DNA of 64,000 bases from an uncultured Clostridia bacterium (GTDB lineage Bacteria; CAYTYR01; UBA6262): NCBI GenBank assembly GCA_964441745.1, contig CAYTYR010000002.1:1-64000 (forward strand). The letters are read 5' to 3'. The stretch's first letter is position 1. Each line of letters starts with the position of its first letter. Position numbers and translations under genes: made by a program. The notes beneath the pieces are model-generated. The model saw nothing but the letters and a program-made list of their open reading frames with translations, was not told the origin of the DNA and did not search any database. Below, one piece after another: positions 1 through 9,397 of this stretch.

Positions 1-627
1 TTCATCAGTTTTGGGGAGATGGCCAAGAAAGATTTCCAGGAATTATATCAGGCCGGGGCGCGCGGCCTGCTGATGCGTTTTGAAACTTCTAATCCTGAAC
101 TGTACCGGAAGATCCATCCCGGCGCTGAATTAAAAGATCGCCTGCAGGTGATCCGTGACGCTGCCGGGCTTGGCTACCTGATCGTTACCGGCGGCTTGGT
201 CGGATTACCCGGCCAGACCAAAGAAGATATCCTGAATGACTTGTCCCTGGCCCGGGAACTAAACTCTGAAATGGTCAGCTTTGGGCCCTGTATTCCTCAT
301 CCGCAAACAACCTTAGCCAGCTTACCCCTCCCCCAGGAAAATGATATATTAAAAGTCTTAGCCCTCTGCCGTTTTATTGATCCGGAAAGAGCTAATGTGG
401 TGGTTACTACCGGCTTGGAAACGATCAGCCCAGACGCGCGACGGAAAGGATTATTAGCCGGGGCGAATTCGGTAATGATCAATATTACTCCTTTAGAATA
501 CAGGAAACTTTATTCCATCTATCCTAATCGGGCCCATGAAAGTGAAACTATTGCTAAACAAATAGCCGAGGTAGTATCCCTATTAAAATCTATTGGCCGG
601 GCACCTACTGATTTAGGCAGGGGTTGA
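1..627 (+). CDS. hydE: HydE/biotin-synthase-like radical SAM protein, 5'-truncated by the window edge
   Basis: Frame is open from base 1 (FISFGEM...). RFET, GGLVGLPGQ, PHPQT and the C-terminal YSIYP motif are HydE-like; it lies next to the hydrogenase cluster. Confidence 0.7.
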   Translation, partial: FISFGEMAKKDFQELYQAGARGLLMRFETSNPELYRKIHPGAELKDRLQVIRDAAGLGYLIVTGGLVGLPGQTKEDILNDLSLARELNSEMVSFGPCIPHPQTTLASLPLPQENDILKVLALCRFIDPERANVVVTTGLETISPDARRKGLLAGANSVMINITPLEYRKLYSIYPNRAHESETIAKQIAEVVSLLKSIGRAPTDLGRG

Positions 628-657
628 TAGTAAATAGCAATTATTTTTTTATTTTTA

Positions 658-675
658 ATGTGATATATTTCACAA
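658..675. promoter_or_regulatory. Rex operator
   Basis: ATGTGATATATTTCACAA matches the Rex consensus TTGTGAA-N4-TTCACAA with 2 mismatches and lies directly upstream of the rex promoter. Confidence 0.8.
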
Positions 676-680
676 TATAC

Positions 681-709
681 TTGACAATTATATATTATTA
701 TGCTACTTT
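681..709 (+). promoter_or_regulatory. sigma70 promoter of the rex/hydrogenase cluster
   Basis: TTGACA (681-686), 17-bp spacer, TGn-TACTTT (704-709); RBS AGGAG at 731-735. Confidence 0.75.
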
Positions 710-741
710 AATAGTAGATATTGTGAAAAAAGGAGCATTAA

Positions 742-1377
742 ATGATAACCACAAAAAACTGCGTGATCAGGCTTTCCCGTTATAAGAATGCCTTGAACCG
801 GTTTAAATCTTTGGGGTTTGTCAAAGTTTTTTCTGATAACCTGGCTGATGCCGTTAGCGTTACTTCTTCGCAGGTGCGCAAAGATTTTTCTCTTTTTGGT
901 ATCTCTGGCAATAAAAAGGGCGGCTATAAGGTTGATGAGCTGGTAGAAAAGATCAATATCATCCTGGGAAAGAATGAAATACAACAAGTAGTGCTGGTTG
1001 GCGCCGGCCACATGGGCAAGGCTTTGCTAAAATATAAAGGTTTTGAAAAAGAGGGAATGAAGGTTGTCGCTTGTTTCGATATTGACCCGGTTAAGTTGAA
1101 CCGCGAAGCAGCGACCCCGATTCTGCCGACCAAAGAAATGAAAGATTTCGTGCAAACCCGGCAGATCAAAGTGGGGATCATCGCGGTGCCTGATGCTGCT
1201 GCCCAGGCCGTGCTGGACCAGATGCTGGAGGCGGGGATCAAAGGAGTGCTTAATTTCGCTCCGATCACGCTGCGTGGCGCCGAGGATACGATTGTTAATA
1301 ATGTCAATATAGAACTCGAACTGGAAAATGTGATCTATTATGTTAATGCTTTGGGAAAGGTTCAGCAACCCCAATGA
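742..1377 (+). CDS. rex: Redox-sensing transcriptional repressor Rex
   Basis: RLSRY, QVRKDFSLFG..G.KKGGY winged helix, VGAG Rossmann motif, GVLNFAP. Confidence 0.95.
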   Translation: MITTKNCVIRLSRYKNALNRFKSLGFVKVFSDNLADAVSVTSSQVRKDFSLFGISGNKKGGYKVDELVEKINIILGKNEIQQVVLVGAGHMGKALLKYKGFEKEGMKVVACFDIDPVKLNREAATPILPTKEMKDFVQTRQIKVGIIAVPDAAAQAVLDQMLEAGIKGVLNFAPITLRGAEDTIVNNVNIELELENVIYYVNALGKVQQPQ

Positions 1378-3212
1378 AAACCAGGACTTTAAAATCTAAG
1401 ATCCTTTATTCTTTTCTGAGCGTAATATTGATATTGGGTATATCTATTGCGCTGCTTGGTTTTTATGTCATCAAAAAAGATATCATTGAACGGGCTCAGC
1501 AGCAGGTTAAGAATGATCTGCAGGTAGCGCATATGGTTTATTCCGGGGAATTGGATAATATGAAGCAAGCTTTTTCCGTTATCCGGTATATTACTAACCT
1601 GGAAGAATTGAAATCACGGCTGGGATTAGATTATCTTTATATTATTGATGCCAGCGCCGGCAATAATATCCCCAGTGAAATAGCCAGGCAAGCGGTATTA
1701 GGTAAAAGTATTGGTGGTACCAGGATCATTGAAAAGAGTGAACTGCAGAAATTGGACCCGGTTTTAGGAAATAGATGCCGGATCGAGGTCCGCTTTACTC
1801 CCAAAGCTAAACCCAGCGATAAAAAAGTATTGGAGCAGGCCCTGGCCCTGGAATATGCCCGGCCGTTTTTTAATGACCAGGGGCAGATCACTAAGATAAT
1901 TTATGGGGGTAAGATCATTAATGGCGATCTCACCTTAGTGGATAAGATCAGGGATTATGTCTTTGAAAACAGGTTATACGACGGCAAACCGATCGGCACG
2001 GTCACTATCTTTCTGGATGACACCCGGATCGCTACTAACGTGCTGGATAATGAGGGCCGTCGCGCTATCGGGACGCGTATCTCGGAAAATGTCTATGAAA
2101 ACGTTGTCGGTAAAGGCACCTCTTGGCTGGACCGGGCTTTTGTGGTCACTGACTGGTACCTCACTGCTTATGAGCCGATCAGGAATATTAATGGTAAAAT
2201 AATCGGTATTTTGTACGTAGGTATCCTGGAAAAACCGTTTAATGATATGCGCCGTAATATTATCCTGGTTTTCCTGGCTATCCTCCTGCTGGGAATAGTT
2301 TTAGCGGTGATGCTATCGCTTATTCTCGATGTTACCTTAGCCAAACCATTTACCAGGATGACTGAAGCTACCAGTTCCCTGGCTGCCGGTGACCTGGATC
2401 ATCGTATTACGGCTGTATCGCAGATCACTGAGCTGCACCAGCTGGCCGAATCATTTAATGAGATGGCTAAAAAACTGCAGGAACGCGACGCCAATCTCCA
2501 GGAAACCAATGAAAAATTAACCGCCCTGAATAAAAGCTACCTGGACTTGATCGGCTTTGTTTCTCATGAGCTGAAAGGGATCCTGGGTTCTATCGTGATG
2601 AATATCTATTCGATCAAAGAAGGATATCTGGGCACACTGAACGAAAAACAGCAGAAGGCCATGAATTCAGCGGCCCGGACCCTGGACCATTTTGAGACCA
2701 TGGTCAAAAATTACCTGGATCTTTCCCGGATCGAAAAAGGAGAACTGGAAATAAAACCTACTGCGGCTGACCTGGCTGAGGATATTGTCAAACCGGCGCT
2801 GGGGCACTTTGAAAAGCAGATCCAGGAAAAGCACCTGCAAGTCACAAACCTGGTCTTGCCGGGCATAAAGCTGTCGGCAGACAAGAACCTGCTGCTGATC
2901 GTGTGCGATAACCTGCTGGGTAATGCCTGTAAATACAGCCAGCCTGGCGCCCAGGTCATTATCGAAGGTATTATTGAACAAGATCATATTAAGGTTAGTG
3001 TTTACAATGAAGGAACTCCGATCAAGGAGGAACAGCAGCAGCAATTGTTTAAGAAATTTTCCCGGCTCGAAGGATCAGAAAAAATCAGAGGTACGGGTAT
3101 CGGCCTTTATATTACCCGGCAAATTATTGAAAAACACCAAGGTAAGATCTGGGTGGAAGCCAAAGAGCACGGCAATAGTTTTATATTCATTCTAACTCGT
3201 AGTTTGGGTTAG
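1374..3212 (+). CDS. Membrane sensor histidine kinase (Cache-HAMP-HisKA-HATPase)
   Basis: Two TM helices, Cache-type RIATNV..GRRAIGT, HAMP, H-box SHELK, N-box NLLGNACKY, G-box GTGIGL. ATGA overlap with rex. Confidence 0.92.
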   Translation: MKTRTLKSKILYSFLSVILILGISIALLGFYVIKKDIIERAQQQVKNDLQVAHMVYSGELDNMKQAFSVIRYITNLEELKSRLGLDYLYIIDASAGNNIPSEIARQAVLGKSIGGTRIIEKSELQKLDPVLGNRCRIEVRFTPKAKPSDKKVLEQALALEYARPFFNDQGQITKIIYGGKIINGDLTLVDKIRDYVFENRLYDGKPIGTVTIFLDDTRIATNVLDNEGRRAIGTRISENVYENVVGKGTSWLDRAFVVTDWYLTAYEPIRNINGKIIGILYVGILEKPFNDMRRNIILVFLAILLLGIVLAVMLSLILDVTLAKPFTRMTEATSSLAAGDLDHRITAVSQITELHQLAESFNEMAKKLQERDANLQETNEKLTALNKSYLDLIGFVSHELKGILGSIVMNIYSIKEGYLGTLNEKQQKAMNSAARTLDHFETMVKNYLDLSRIEKGELEIKPTAADLAEDIVKPALGHFEKQIQEKHLQVTNLVLPGIKLSADKNLLLIVCDNLLGNACKYSQPGAQVIIEGIIEQDHIKVSVYNEGTPIKEEQQQQLFKKFSRLEGSEKIRGTGIGLYITRQIIEKHQGKIWVEAKEHGNSFIFILTRSLG

Positions 3213-3357
3213 TTTTTAAGAACCGAGACATAATAGTTCAATATTTTTCTGTATAAAAAAGTGCGAGCATACTCACAGTAGTATGTAAGCAGTTTTTTAA
3301 AAAGAAAAATGAAGAAATTTTATGTCGAATTCAAAAATCTAACACAAATTACGAGTT
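3194..3357. repeat. 164-bp imperfect palindromic element (RPE/MITE-like)
   Basis: Arms of about 80 bp (AACTCGTAGTTTGGGTTAG...GCATACT and AGTATGT...CTAACACAAATTACGAGTT) are reverse-complementary around a 6-nt loop. Confidence 0.75.
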
Positions 3358-3377
3358 CACAAAAAGGAGCGGAGTAA

Positions 3378-6300
3378 ATGAGTAATAGCCCGCAACAGGT
3401 TTTAGCGAAAGCCAGGCAAAATGCCATTCATCAGAACCTCCATAAATGGCTGGCCGCGACCAGGATCAATATCGGCATGTCCACCTGCGAGATTGCCGCC
3501 GGATCAAAAGTGGTTTGGCACGTGATGGAAGAAGAGATCAAGAAACGGAAACTGAAAGACGTTCATCTGGGCCGTAAGGGTTGTGTCGGCCGGTGTCATT
3601 TGGAACCGACAGTGGAAGTGTACCAGGCTGGCAAGGCGCCGTTCAAATATGAAAATGTCGACGCCGCCAAAGCCCGGAAGATCATTATCGACCACCTGGT
3701 CAAGAAAAATGTGCCCTGTCCCAGCAAGAAGACCGGCAAAAAACTGGTCAGTAAAGATACTTTGACTGATAAATCCCATTTTATTTTCAGTGATATAGAT
3801 TATTTTAATAAACAAAAGCGGATGGCCCTGCGCAATTGCGGGGTGATCGATCCGGAAAATATAGATGATTATCTCGCGATCAGGGGCTATGAAGCCTTAG
3901 CCAAGGTCGTCGGTGAATATACTCCGGATCGGGTGATTGACGAAATGATCAAATCCGGCTTGCGCGGCCGGGGCGGCGGGGGGTTCCCGACCGGTACCAA
4001 ATGGCGTTTTGTGGCGGAACAGAAAGCTGGCCAGAAATATGTAATTTGTAATGCTGATGAAGGAGACCCCGGGGCTTTCATGGACCGCAGCGTGATCGAG
4101 GGTGATCCTTTTTCCGTATTGGAAGCGATGGCCATTGGCGGTTATGCTGTCGGCGCCGACCAGGGTATTGTCTATATCCGCGCTGAGTATCCTTTGGCTG
4201 TGGAGCGGTTGAAGATCGCTATTAAGCAAGCCAAGGAATTGAATCTGCTAGGCAAAAATATTTTAGGTACGAATTTTTCTTTTGAGATAGATATCATTCT
4301 TGGAGCCGGAGCTTTTGTTTGCGGCGAAGAGACAGCCCTGATCAACTCGATTCAGGGTGAACGGGGTATGCCTAAGGTAAAACCGCCGTTCCCGTCAACC
4401 AGCGGTTTATGGGGCCAGCCTACCCTGATCAATAATGTAGAAACCTGGGCTAATGTCCCGGTTATTATTCTTGACGGGTATGCTCATTTTGCCACGATCG
4501 GTACCGAAAAAAGCAAGGGCACCAAAGTATTTGCCCTGGCCGGCAAGGTGAAAAATACCGGCCTGGTGGAAGTCCCGATGGGCACTACTCTGGGTGAGGT
4601 GATCTTTGATATCGGCGGCGGTATTAAAGAAGGGCGTAAATTTAAAACCGCCCAGACCGGCGGTCCGTCCGGCGGCTGCCTGCCGGTGCAATACCTGAAT
4701 ACACCGATCGATTATGATTCTCTGGCCAGCGCCGGGTCCATTATGGGTTCTGGCGGCTTGATCGTCATGGACGAGAAAGATTGCATGGTAGACGTAGCTA
4801 AATTTTTCCTGGAATTCACCCAGGATGAATCGTGCGGGAAATGTACTCCCTGCCGGGAAGGTACCAAGCGGATGCTGGAGATCCTGAACCGCATTACCAG
4901 CGGCCAGGGAGAGCTTAGCGATATAGATAAACTGGAAAGCCTGGGAGAGACCATCAAAAAGACAGCTCTCTGCGGTTTAGGGCAGACTGCTCCTAATCCA
5001 GTGCTGTCCACCCTGCGTTTTTTCCGCGCCGAATATGAAGCCCATATCAAGGAGAGAAAATGCCCGTCAGCTGTTTGCGCTGACTTATTTGTCTCTCCCT
5101 GCCAGCATACTTGTCCGGCGCATATTGACATCCCTGGTTTTATTGGTTTGATCAAGGAAGGAAAGTTTAAGGAGAGTGCGGAAATGATCTTACAACGCAA
5201 TCCCTTCCCTTCTATTTGCGGCCGGGTCTGTCATCACCCGTGCGAATCAAATTGCCGGCGCGGGAAAATAGAAGAACCGGTAGCGATCATGCTGTTAAAA
5301 CGTTTTGCGGCTGATTATACAGTCAGTGATGATGTAAAAATTGAGAAATATACCGGTAAACAGTTAAAAGAAAAAGTGGCCATTATCGGCAGCGGCCCGG
5401 CTGGACTGTCCTGCGCTTACCAATTGGCTAAACGCGGCTACCAGGTCACAGTATTTGAAGCAGACCGGAAAACTGGCGGGATGCTGACCCTGGGTATTCC
5501 CGAGTACCGGTTACCCAAAGAAGTGGTTAAACGGGAGATCAAGCGGATCACTGACCTGGGAGTAAAGATCAAAACTAATACCGCTCTCGGCAAAGATCTT
5601 TCCTTGCAGCAACTTAAGGACCAGGGCTTTAAAGCAGTGTACCTCGCTATCGGCGCCTGGAAAGAAGCAGCTTTAGGAATTCCCGGCACTGAACTGCTGG
5701 GGTTCCTGGGATCCTTGAATTTCCTGAAAGATTATAACTCCGAGCGGATCAAGAAAATGCACGGCGCCTATGCCTTAATGAAAGGTAAAAGCAAGATCGT
5801 CTTTACCGGCAAGAAAGTCGCGGTCATCGGCGGCGGGAACGCGGCCATGGACGTAGCCAGGACGTGCTTGCGGTTAGGGGCGGACGAAGTGCATATCATT
5901 TACCGCCGGACCAAAGACGCCATGCCGGCTATCCCGGAAGAAGTGGAAGAGGCGGGAAAAGAAGGCGTTAAATTACATTTCCTGTTAATACCGACTGCGA
6001 TCAAGGGTAAGGATAACCAGGTTGTCTCCCTGGAATGCGCCTATACCCGTCCGGGTGAATTTGACCTGAGCGGCAGGCGCAAACCATTAGCCACTGAAGA
6101 GGTTTTCAACCTGCCGGTGGATGTAGTGATTAGCGCGATCGGCGGCAAACCGGATATTCCGGAAACAGTGAAAAAAGAATTAGGAGCAAAAGATAGCGGA
6201 GCGCTGAATGTGGACCGGGACACCTTGGCCACTAATGTACCGGGGATCTTTGCCGGCGGTGACCTGGTGAGCGGCGGAGCCACGGTCATTGAAGCGATTG

Positions 6301-6581
6301 CTGACGGAGAGAAGGCGGCGATCTCCATTGACCGTTCTTTTAAAGGTGAAGACCTGCATCAGAACAGGTATGTCATCAAGGGAGAACGGAGAAAAGTTGA
6401 TTATTTCGATCCTAGTGCCGAGATCAAGGAGAAACACCGGCCGCAGCAAGCCAAGGTTAGCATGGTCAAGCGGCTGCAGGTCTTTACCGAGGTTGAATTA
6501 GGGTATTCTAAAAAACAAGCTCTCGAAGAGGCAGATCGTTGTTTGCGCTGCGACCGTCGGGAAGAGGAGTGTAAGCCATGA
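3378..6581 (+). CDS. hydB: Hydrogenase diaphorase subunit: HndB-like 2Fe-2S + NuoF/HydB + GltD-like FAD/NADP(H) oxidoreductase fusion
   Basis: GMSTC..GCVGRC N-domain; GRGGGGFP, NADEGDPGAFMD, CGEET, GGPSG, CGKCTPCREG; then PCQHTCP, CGRVCHHPCESNC, GSGPAG, GGGNAAMD..YRRT, GGD. Confidence 0.88.
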   Translation: MSNSPQQVLAKARQNAIHQNLHKWLAATRINIGMSTCEIAAGSKVVWHVMEEEIKKRKLKDVHLGRKGCVGRCHLEPTVEVYQAGKAPFKYENVDAAKARKIIIDHLVKKNVPCPSKKTGKKLVSKDTLTDKSHFIFSDIDYFNKQKRMALRNCGVIDPENIDDYLAIRGYEALAKVVGEYTPDRVIDEMIKSGLRGRGGGGFPTGTKWRFVAEQKAGQKYVICNADEGDPGAFMDRSVIEGDPFSVLEAMAIGGYAVGADQGIVYIRAEYPLAVERLKIAIKQAKELNLLGKNILGTNFSFEIDIILGAGAFVCGEETALINSIQGERGMPKVKPPFPSTSGLWGQPTLINNVETWANVPVIILDGYAHFATIGTEKSKGTKVFALAGKVKNTGLVEVPMGTTLGEVIFDIGGGIKEGRKFKTAQTGGPSGGCLPVQYLNTPIDYDSLASAGSIMGSGGLIVMDEKDCMVDVAKFFLEFTQDESCGKCTPCREGTKRMLEILNRITSGQGELSDIDKLESLGETIKKTALCGLGQTAPNPVLSTLRFFRAEYEAHIKERKCPSAVCADLFVSPCQHTCPAHIDIPGFIGLIKEGKFKESAEMILQRNPFPSICGRVCHHPCESNCRRGKIEEPVAIMLLKRFAADYTVSDDVKIEKYTGKQLKEKVAIIGSGPAGLSCAYQLAKRGYQVTVFEADRKTGGMLTLGIPEYRLPKEVVKREIKRITDLGVKIKTNTALGKDLSLQQLKDQGFKAVYLAIGAWKEAALGIPGTELLGFLGSLNFLKDYNSERIKKMHGAYALMKGKSKIVFTGKKVAVIGGGNAAMDVARTCLRLGADEVHIIYRRTKDAMPAIPEEVEEAGKEGVKLHFLLIPTAIKGKDNQVVSLECAYTRPGEFDLSGRRKPLATEEVFNLPVDVVISAIGGKPDIPETVKKELGAKDSGALNVDRDTLATNVPGIFAGGDLVSGGATVIEAIADGEKAAISIDRSFKGEDLHQNRYVIKGERRKVDYFDPSAEIKEKHRPQQAKVSMVKRLQVFTEVELGYSKKQALEEADRCLRCDRREEECKP

Positions 6582-8356
6582 CCAAACCAATAACCCTGAC
6601 TATAGATGGGCAAAAAGTAACTGCGGCGGCGGGAACGACTATCATGCAGGCGGCCGATAGTGTCGGTTTGCATATCCCGCGGTTATGTTATCATAAAAAG
6701 TTATCCAGTATCGGCGCCTGCCGTATCTGTGTGGTAGAAGTGGCGGGGCTGAAGAATTTTGCTCCTTCGTGCTGTACCGCGGTCACCGAAGGGATGGTTG
6801 TTAAAACAAATTCCCAGGCGGTGCGCCAGGCGCGCCGGGATATTGTGGAATTGATCCTGGATAATCATCCGCGTAACTGCCAGATCTGTGAACGCAACAA
6901 TAATTGCGATCTGCAGGAAATGGCTAATACTTTGGGCATCCGGGAATTTATCTATGAGGGTGAACGCAAGCGTTATGCTGTTGATGTTTCTGCCGGGATC
7001 ACCCGTGATCCGGAAAAATGTATCACCTGCGGGAAATGCGTGCGGGTCTGCTCGGAATTACAGGGTGTGAACGCTTTGTCGTATGCCTATCGCGGTTTCC
7101 GGACCACGGTCTTGCCGGCCTTTAATATGCCGATCAAGGATAGTGTCTGTATCAATTGCGGGCAATGTGCTTTATTCTGTCCGACGGCAGCGATTACGGA
7201 AACCGATGCTACCGCCGAAGTATGGCGCAATCTCAATGATCCGGCTAAGACCGTGATCGTCCAGATCGCCCCGGCAGTGAGAGTGGCGTTAGGCGAAGGA
7301 TTTGGCCTGCCTCCGGGAGAAGATAAAACCTATGAAGCGGTAACTGCTTTGCGCCTGATGGGATTCAAAGTGGTGTTTGATACGCAATTCTCCGCTGATC
7401 TTACCATTATGGAAGAGGGGCATGAACTTATTAATCGTTTGAAGAATAACGGGAAATTGCCCATGATCACTTCCTGCAGTCCCGGCTGGATCAAGTTTTG
7501 CGAACATTTTCATCCCGAGTTCCTGAACAACCTGTCTACGTGCAAATCGCCCCAGCAGATGATGGGCGCCCTTATCAAAACCTATTATGCCCAGAAGATG
7601 AAGATCGATCCGGCCAGTATCTATAGCGTCAGTATCATGCCTTGTACCGCCAAGAAGTTTGAAGCCAGTCGTCCGGAAATGAATGCCAGCGGGTACCAGG
7701 ATGTGGATGCCGTGCTCACGACCCGTGAACTGGTAAAAATGATCAAGCAGGCCGGGATCAAATTTCATGAGCTTAAAGGTTCTGAATTTGATAATCCCAT
7801 GGGTGAATCGACCGGCGCAGCCACGATCTTTGGCGTCAGCGGCGGCGTGATGGAAGCAGCCTTGCGGACAGCGTATGAAGTGATCACTGGTCAGGCTTTA
7901 CCGGCTATTGATTTTAAAGCAGTCCGCGGCTTTGACGGTATCAAAGAAGCTGAAGTAGATATTGCCGGGACTTTAGTTAAGGTAGCAGTTATTTATGGTA
8001 TGGCCAACGTCCATAAAGTTTTCACCGAGATAGAACAAGGAAAACGCCACTACCATTTTATCGAAGTAATGACGTGTCCGGGTGGCTGTATGGGCGGCGG
8101 CGGTCAGCCTTACCTGCCGAACCAGGCCGAAGCGCTGGATAAGGCCTGGTATGAAAAACGGGCCCAGGGATTATATAAAATAGACGAACTTAAGAAGATC
8201 CGTAAATCCCATGAGAATCCGCAGATCAAGCAAATTTACCAGGAATTCCTGAAACAGCCGTTAGGAGAATTGTCGCATCATTTGCTGCATACCCATTATC
8301 ACCGCCGGTCGCCTAAAGGAATAGCTTCGAAAGTAAAAGAAACAGTCAGTATATGA
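6578..8356 (+). CDS. hydA: [FeFe]-hydrogenase catalytic subunit (group A, M3 architecture)
   Basis: 2Fe-2S, His-ligated and two 4Fe-4S motifs; H-cluster motifs TSCSPGW, MPCTAKKFE, EVMTCPGGCMGGGGQ. Confidence 0.95.
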   Translation: MTKPITLTIDGQKVTAAAGTTIMQAADSVGLHIPRLCYHKKLSSIGACRICVVEVAGLKNFAPSCCTAVTEGMVVKTNSQAVRQARRDIVELILDNHPRNCQICERNNNCDLQEMANTLGIREFIYEGERKRYAVDVSAGITRDPEKCITCGKCVRVCSELQGVNALSYAYRGFRTTVLPAFNMPIKDSVCINCGQCALFCPTAAITETDATAEVWRNLNDPAKTVIVQIAPAVRVALGEGFGLPPGEDKTYEAVTALRLMGFKVVFDTQFSADLTIMEEGHELINRLKNNGKLPMITSCSPGWIKFCEHFHPEFLNNLSTCKSPQQMMGALIKTYYAQKMKIDPASIYSVSIMPCTAKKFEASRPEMNASGYQDVDAVLTTRELVKMIKQAGIKFHELKGSEFDNPMGESTGAATIFGVSGGVMEAALRTAYEVITGQALPAIDFKAVRGFDGIKEAEVDIAGTLVKVAVIYGMANVHKVFTEIEQGKRHYHFIEVMTCPGGCMGGGGQPYLPNQAEALDKAWYEKRAQGLYKIDELKKIRKSHENPQIKQIYQEFLKQPLGELSHHLLHTHYHRRSPKGIASKVKETVSI

Positions 8357-8364
8357 TAGGATAG

Positions 8365-8404
8365 AGACTGATGACCTATAAGTAATCTGTGTAATCAGTT
8401 TCTA
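8365..8404. repeat. AATCTGTGTAATC-family intergenic hairpin
   Basis: TAGAGACTGAT...TAATCTGTGTAATCAGTTTCTA; the motif recurs at about 30847, 36874 (reverse) and 57853. Confidence 0.6.
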
Positions 8405-8422
8405 AATAACATGGAGGAATCT

Positions 8423-8992
8423 GTGACGCAGGACAAAACCAAAACAATATCCACAGAAACGCAGGAAAAACTGAAAAAAGTTGGCGAGTTTCTAAAAACC
8501 AGTCCGCAGCTGAAGGACCAGCAAGGCCAGCTGATGGGGGCTCTGCATTATGTCCAGACCCTGTTCGGCTACCTGCCCCAATCAGCGATGGAATATATTT
8601 CTGAAAAACTTAATATCCCGACTGCCCATATTTATGGCATGGCGACGTTCTATAATTATTTTTCCCTCCAGCCGAAAGCCAAATACCAGATCTATCTCTG
8701 CAAAGGCACTGCCTGCTATGTCGCCGGTGGCGCCAGGATCCAGGAACGGCTGCGGGAAGAACTGAAGATCGGTCTCGGGGAAACCACTCCTGATGGCATG
8801 TTCGGGGTGAATATCACCCGCTGCCTGGGCTGTTGCGGGCTTTCACCGGTCATGCAGGTAAATGAAGATATCTACGTGCGCATGGTTCCGGAAAAGATAC
8901 CGTCGATTTTGGAAAAATATCGCCGCCAGGATAAAAAATATGCTAAAGTGAAAGAAGCCGGGATCGGGGCGTTTGAGCAACCCGGGAAATAA
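8423..8992 (+). CDS. hydC: NuoE/HydC-like 2Fe-2S hydrogenase subunit
   Basis: CKGTAC..CLGCC motifs, GYLP, ATFY. GTG start follows GGAGG (the ORF track starts at 8411). Confidence 0.9.
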   Translation: MTQDKTKTISTETQEKLKKVGEFLKTSPQLKDQQGQLMGALHYVQTLFGYLPQSAMEYISEKLNIPTAHIYGMATFYNYFSLQPKAKYQIYLCKGTACYVAGGARIQERLREELKIGLGETTPDGMFGVNITRCLGCCGLSPVMQVNEDIYVRMVPEKIPSILEKYRRQDKKYAKVKEAGIGAFEQPGK

Positions 8993-8998
8993 GAGAGT

Positions 8999-9397
8999 AT
9001 GATCAAAAAAATACTGATCATCGATGATGATACTGATTTTAACGAAGCCTGCCGCAATATGCTGGAAGCGGTGGACTATGAGGTGGGCGTGGAAAATAAA
9101 CACGAGCACGCTTACCAGACCATTGTCGAATTCAAGCCTGACCTGATCCTGCTGGATGTATTAATGGATAACAAGCTGGCCGGCTTTGAGATCGCCGAAA
9201 CCCTGGCCAAGGATAAAAAGTTCAGGGAAGTGGCCATTATCCTGCTGACCGGGTATTTTATGCGGACCGGTTTGCGCGATCTCCAGAATGAAATGATGAC
9301 GAAATGGGATAACATAAAATATGTACTGGATAAACCGGTAAAACCAGCTACCCTGCTGGAAACGATAAAGAAGGTAATAATATATGAAATACATTGA
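8999..9397 (+). CDS. Single-domain response regulator (receiver only)
   Basis: ILIIDDD, DLILLDVLM, LTG, KP; no output domain. Confidence 0.9.
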   Translation: MIKKILIIDDDTDFNEACRNMLEAVDYEVGVENKHEHAYQTIVEFKPDLILLDVLMDNKLAGFEIAETLAKDKKFREVAIILLTGYFMRTGLRDLQNEMMTKWDNIKYVLDKPVKPATLLETIKKVIIYEIH

